Source: a virus (Duplodnaviria > Caudoviricetes). From it: DNA of 52,939 nt. The stretch's first letter is position 1, and every line of letters begins with the position of its first letter. The notes below the pieces were generated by a model. That model was not told the DNA's origin. It searched no databases and saw only the letters and a list, made by a program, of their open reading frames with translations. The stretch is taken from positions 1 to 52,939 of the IMG/VR virus record IMGVR_UViG_3300028388_001804; one strand, written 5' to 3'. This document shows positions 51,935 through 52,939 of this stretch, one piece after another. The position numbers and the translations under genes were made by a program.

Positions 51935-52294
51935 ATGAAGATAGGGACAAAAGTATTACTAACAGAAGATCAATTTTTTAAGCATCCAGTATCAACGCTC
52001 GTGGGATACAAAGAATATGTTGAGAACATGGAAGCATTGACATGGAAATTAGATGTAGATTTAGATGTAATTAAGATTGAAATTATTACAGTAGAACCTT
52101 TTCAGTGTGATGCTATTGCAGATCCTGTAGAGCAGTGCGAAGTTGAAGAGATGTTTAGAGAAGGCTTTTGGGGCTGCTGGAGTAAAGCTTATAATCAGTT
52201 GAAAGAGAGAGCTAGTTTATATCAACTGAGGTTGATGGCAGAACTAGGGTTTTCAACACAGCCACTAGACGCAGAAGATGATTCGCCATTCTAG
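51935..52294 (+). CDS. Small acidic protein ending EDDSPF
   Basis: First plus-strand gene after the strand switch; paralogous N-terminus to the 52600 gene. Confidence 0.75.
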   Translation: MKIGTKVLLTEDQFFKHPVSTLVGYKEYVENMEALTWKLDVDLDVIKIEIITVEPFQCDAIADPVEQCEVEEMFREGFWGCWSKAYNQLKERASLYQLRLMAELGFSTQPLDAEDDSPF

Positions 52295-52347
52295 TATTTT
52301 ACTGCTTTGTTATGTCAAAATATTTTCAATAATTAAAACTAGTTTAT

Positions 52348-52449
52348 ATGGATAGAAAAGACTATTTAGTAGAGACTGTTATTGTTGCGGTAGTATTTGC
52401 AGCATTATGCTACAGTTATTGGATTGTATTTCAAATGGGTGTGCAGTAA
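52348..52449 (+). CDS. 33-aa single-pass membrane peptide
   Basis: MDRKDYLVETVIVAVVFAALCYSYWIVFQMGVQ* with an AT-rich leader. Confidence 0.55.
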   Translation: MDRKDYLVETVIVAVVFAALCYSYWIVFQMGVQ

Positions 52450-52599
52450 TGCGCGCCTGTTTGGGCTTTATTAATCACTGCAATACAGCTATATATCTCT
52501 CAATTACAGGAGAATAGGGAAAATGTTAGATCTGATTTTAACCTCTTTATTACCTTCTTGATGAGACAGTATTTTTGAATGGTTTTAAATTATTATTAT

Positions 52600-52896
52600 A
52601 TGAGTGTTATTGTAGAGGGTATTTTAAATGAAGAAGCTTTTAAAAAGCACGCAGTTTCTACGATGTTTTCGTCATACGAAGAGTATGTCCTTGAAACAGA
52701 TAAAGTACACAGAGACTGGCAACGTGAGCTAGACAAAGCTTATATGGAGTACTTAGATAATAGAGATTGGGAGGAGACCTTTGAAGATTTTCTAGAAGAA
52801 AGTGATTGGGAGGAACCTTCCTACCCTGATCATGATGATGATGGCGAGTGTATTTGCAAAGGTAGATGCACCTGTGAAGATGACTTGCCATTTTAG
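52600..52896 (+). CDS. Small highly acidic protein with Cys cluster, ending EDDLPF
   Basis: Likely start ATG 52600 (track gives 52579); CICKGRCTC precedes DDLPF. Confidence 0.75.
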   Translation: MSVIVEGILNEEAFKKHAVSTMFSSYEEYVLETDKVHRDWQRELDKAYMEYLDNRDWEETFEDFLEESDWEEPSYPDHDDDGECICKGRCTCEDDLPF

Positions 52897-52932
52897 ACTG
52901 TAGCACAGGACTGTACATCCTGTGTTATGGTT
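52897..52932 (+). other. RNA hairpin after the stop codon (terminator or processing site)
   Basis: GACTGTAGCACAGGA-CTGTACA-TCCTGTGTTATGGTT, a stem with G.U pairs; no clear U-tract before the window end. Confidence 0.55.
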
Positions 52933-52939
52933 CTATCTC

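Noticed and set aside
52658-52918. 86-aa minus-strand ORF
   Set aside because: Antisense to the better-supported DDLPF-ending gene.

Overview
AT-rich fragment of a crAss-like (Crassvirales-type) phage genome read in the standard code 11. The host is probably a Bacteroidota member. Positions 1-51544 form one tightly packed minus-strand block. In reading order it holds: HTH and IHF-like genes; GroES-like, HAD and GroEL genes; a small-gene accessory island (lipoprotein, MazG, Tad2-like, DUF5664); a large terminase split by a group I intron with a LAGLIDADG ORF; portal, scaffold, major capsid and ring proteins; tail fibres; a membrane PAS protein; muzzle and cargo proteins; and a giant virion RNA polymerase polyprotein. 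The ORF track misses the polymerase because its frame runs off the left edge. It carries DGQ, RIPTQ and DFDID motifs followed by zincin, NADAR-like and macro-like domains, and appears to be joined to the upstream 590-aa ORF by a -1 frameshift at TCT TTT TAA. A repeat-rich strand switch at about 51545-51915 contains a homopyrimidine mirror repeat and 4x18-bp repeats. It precedes small plus-strand genes, two of which are paralogs ending in SSB-tail-like DDxPF. All family assignments come from motif recognition and synteny, with no database search.
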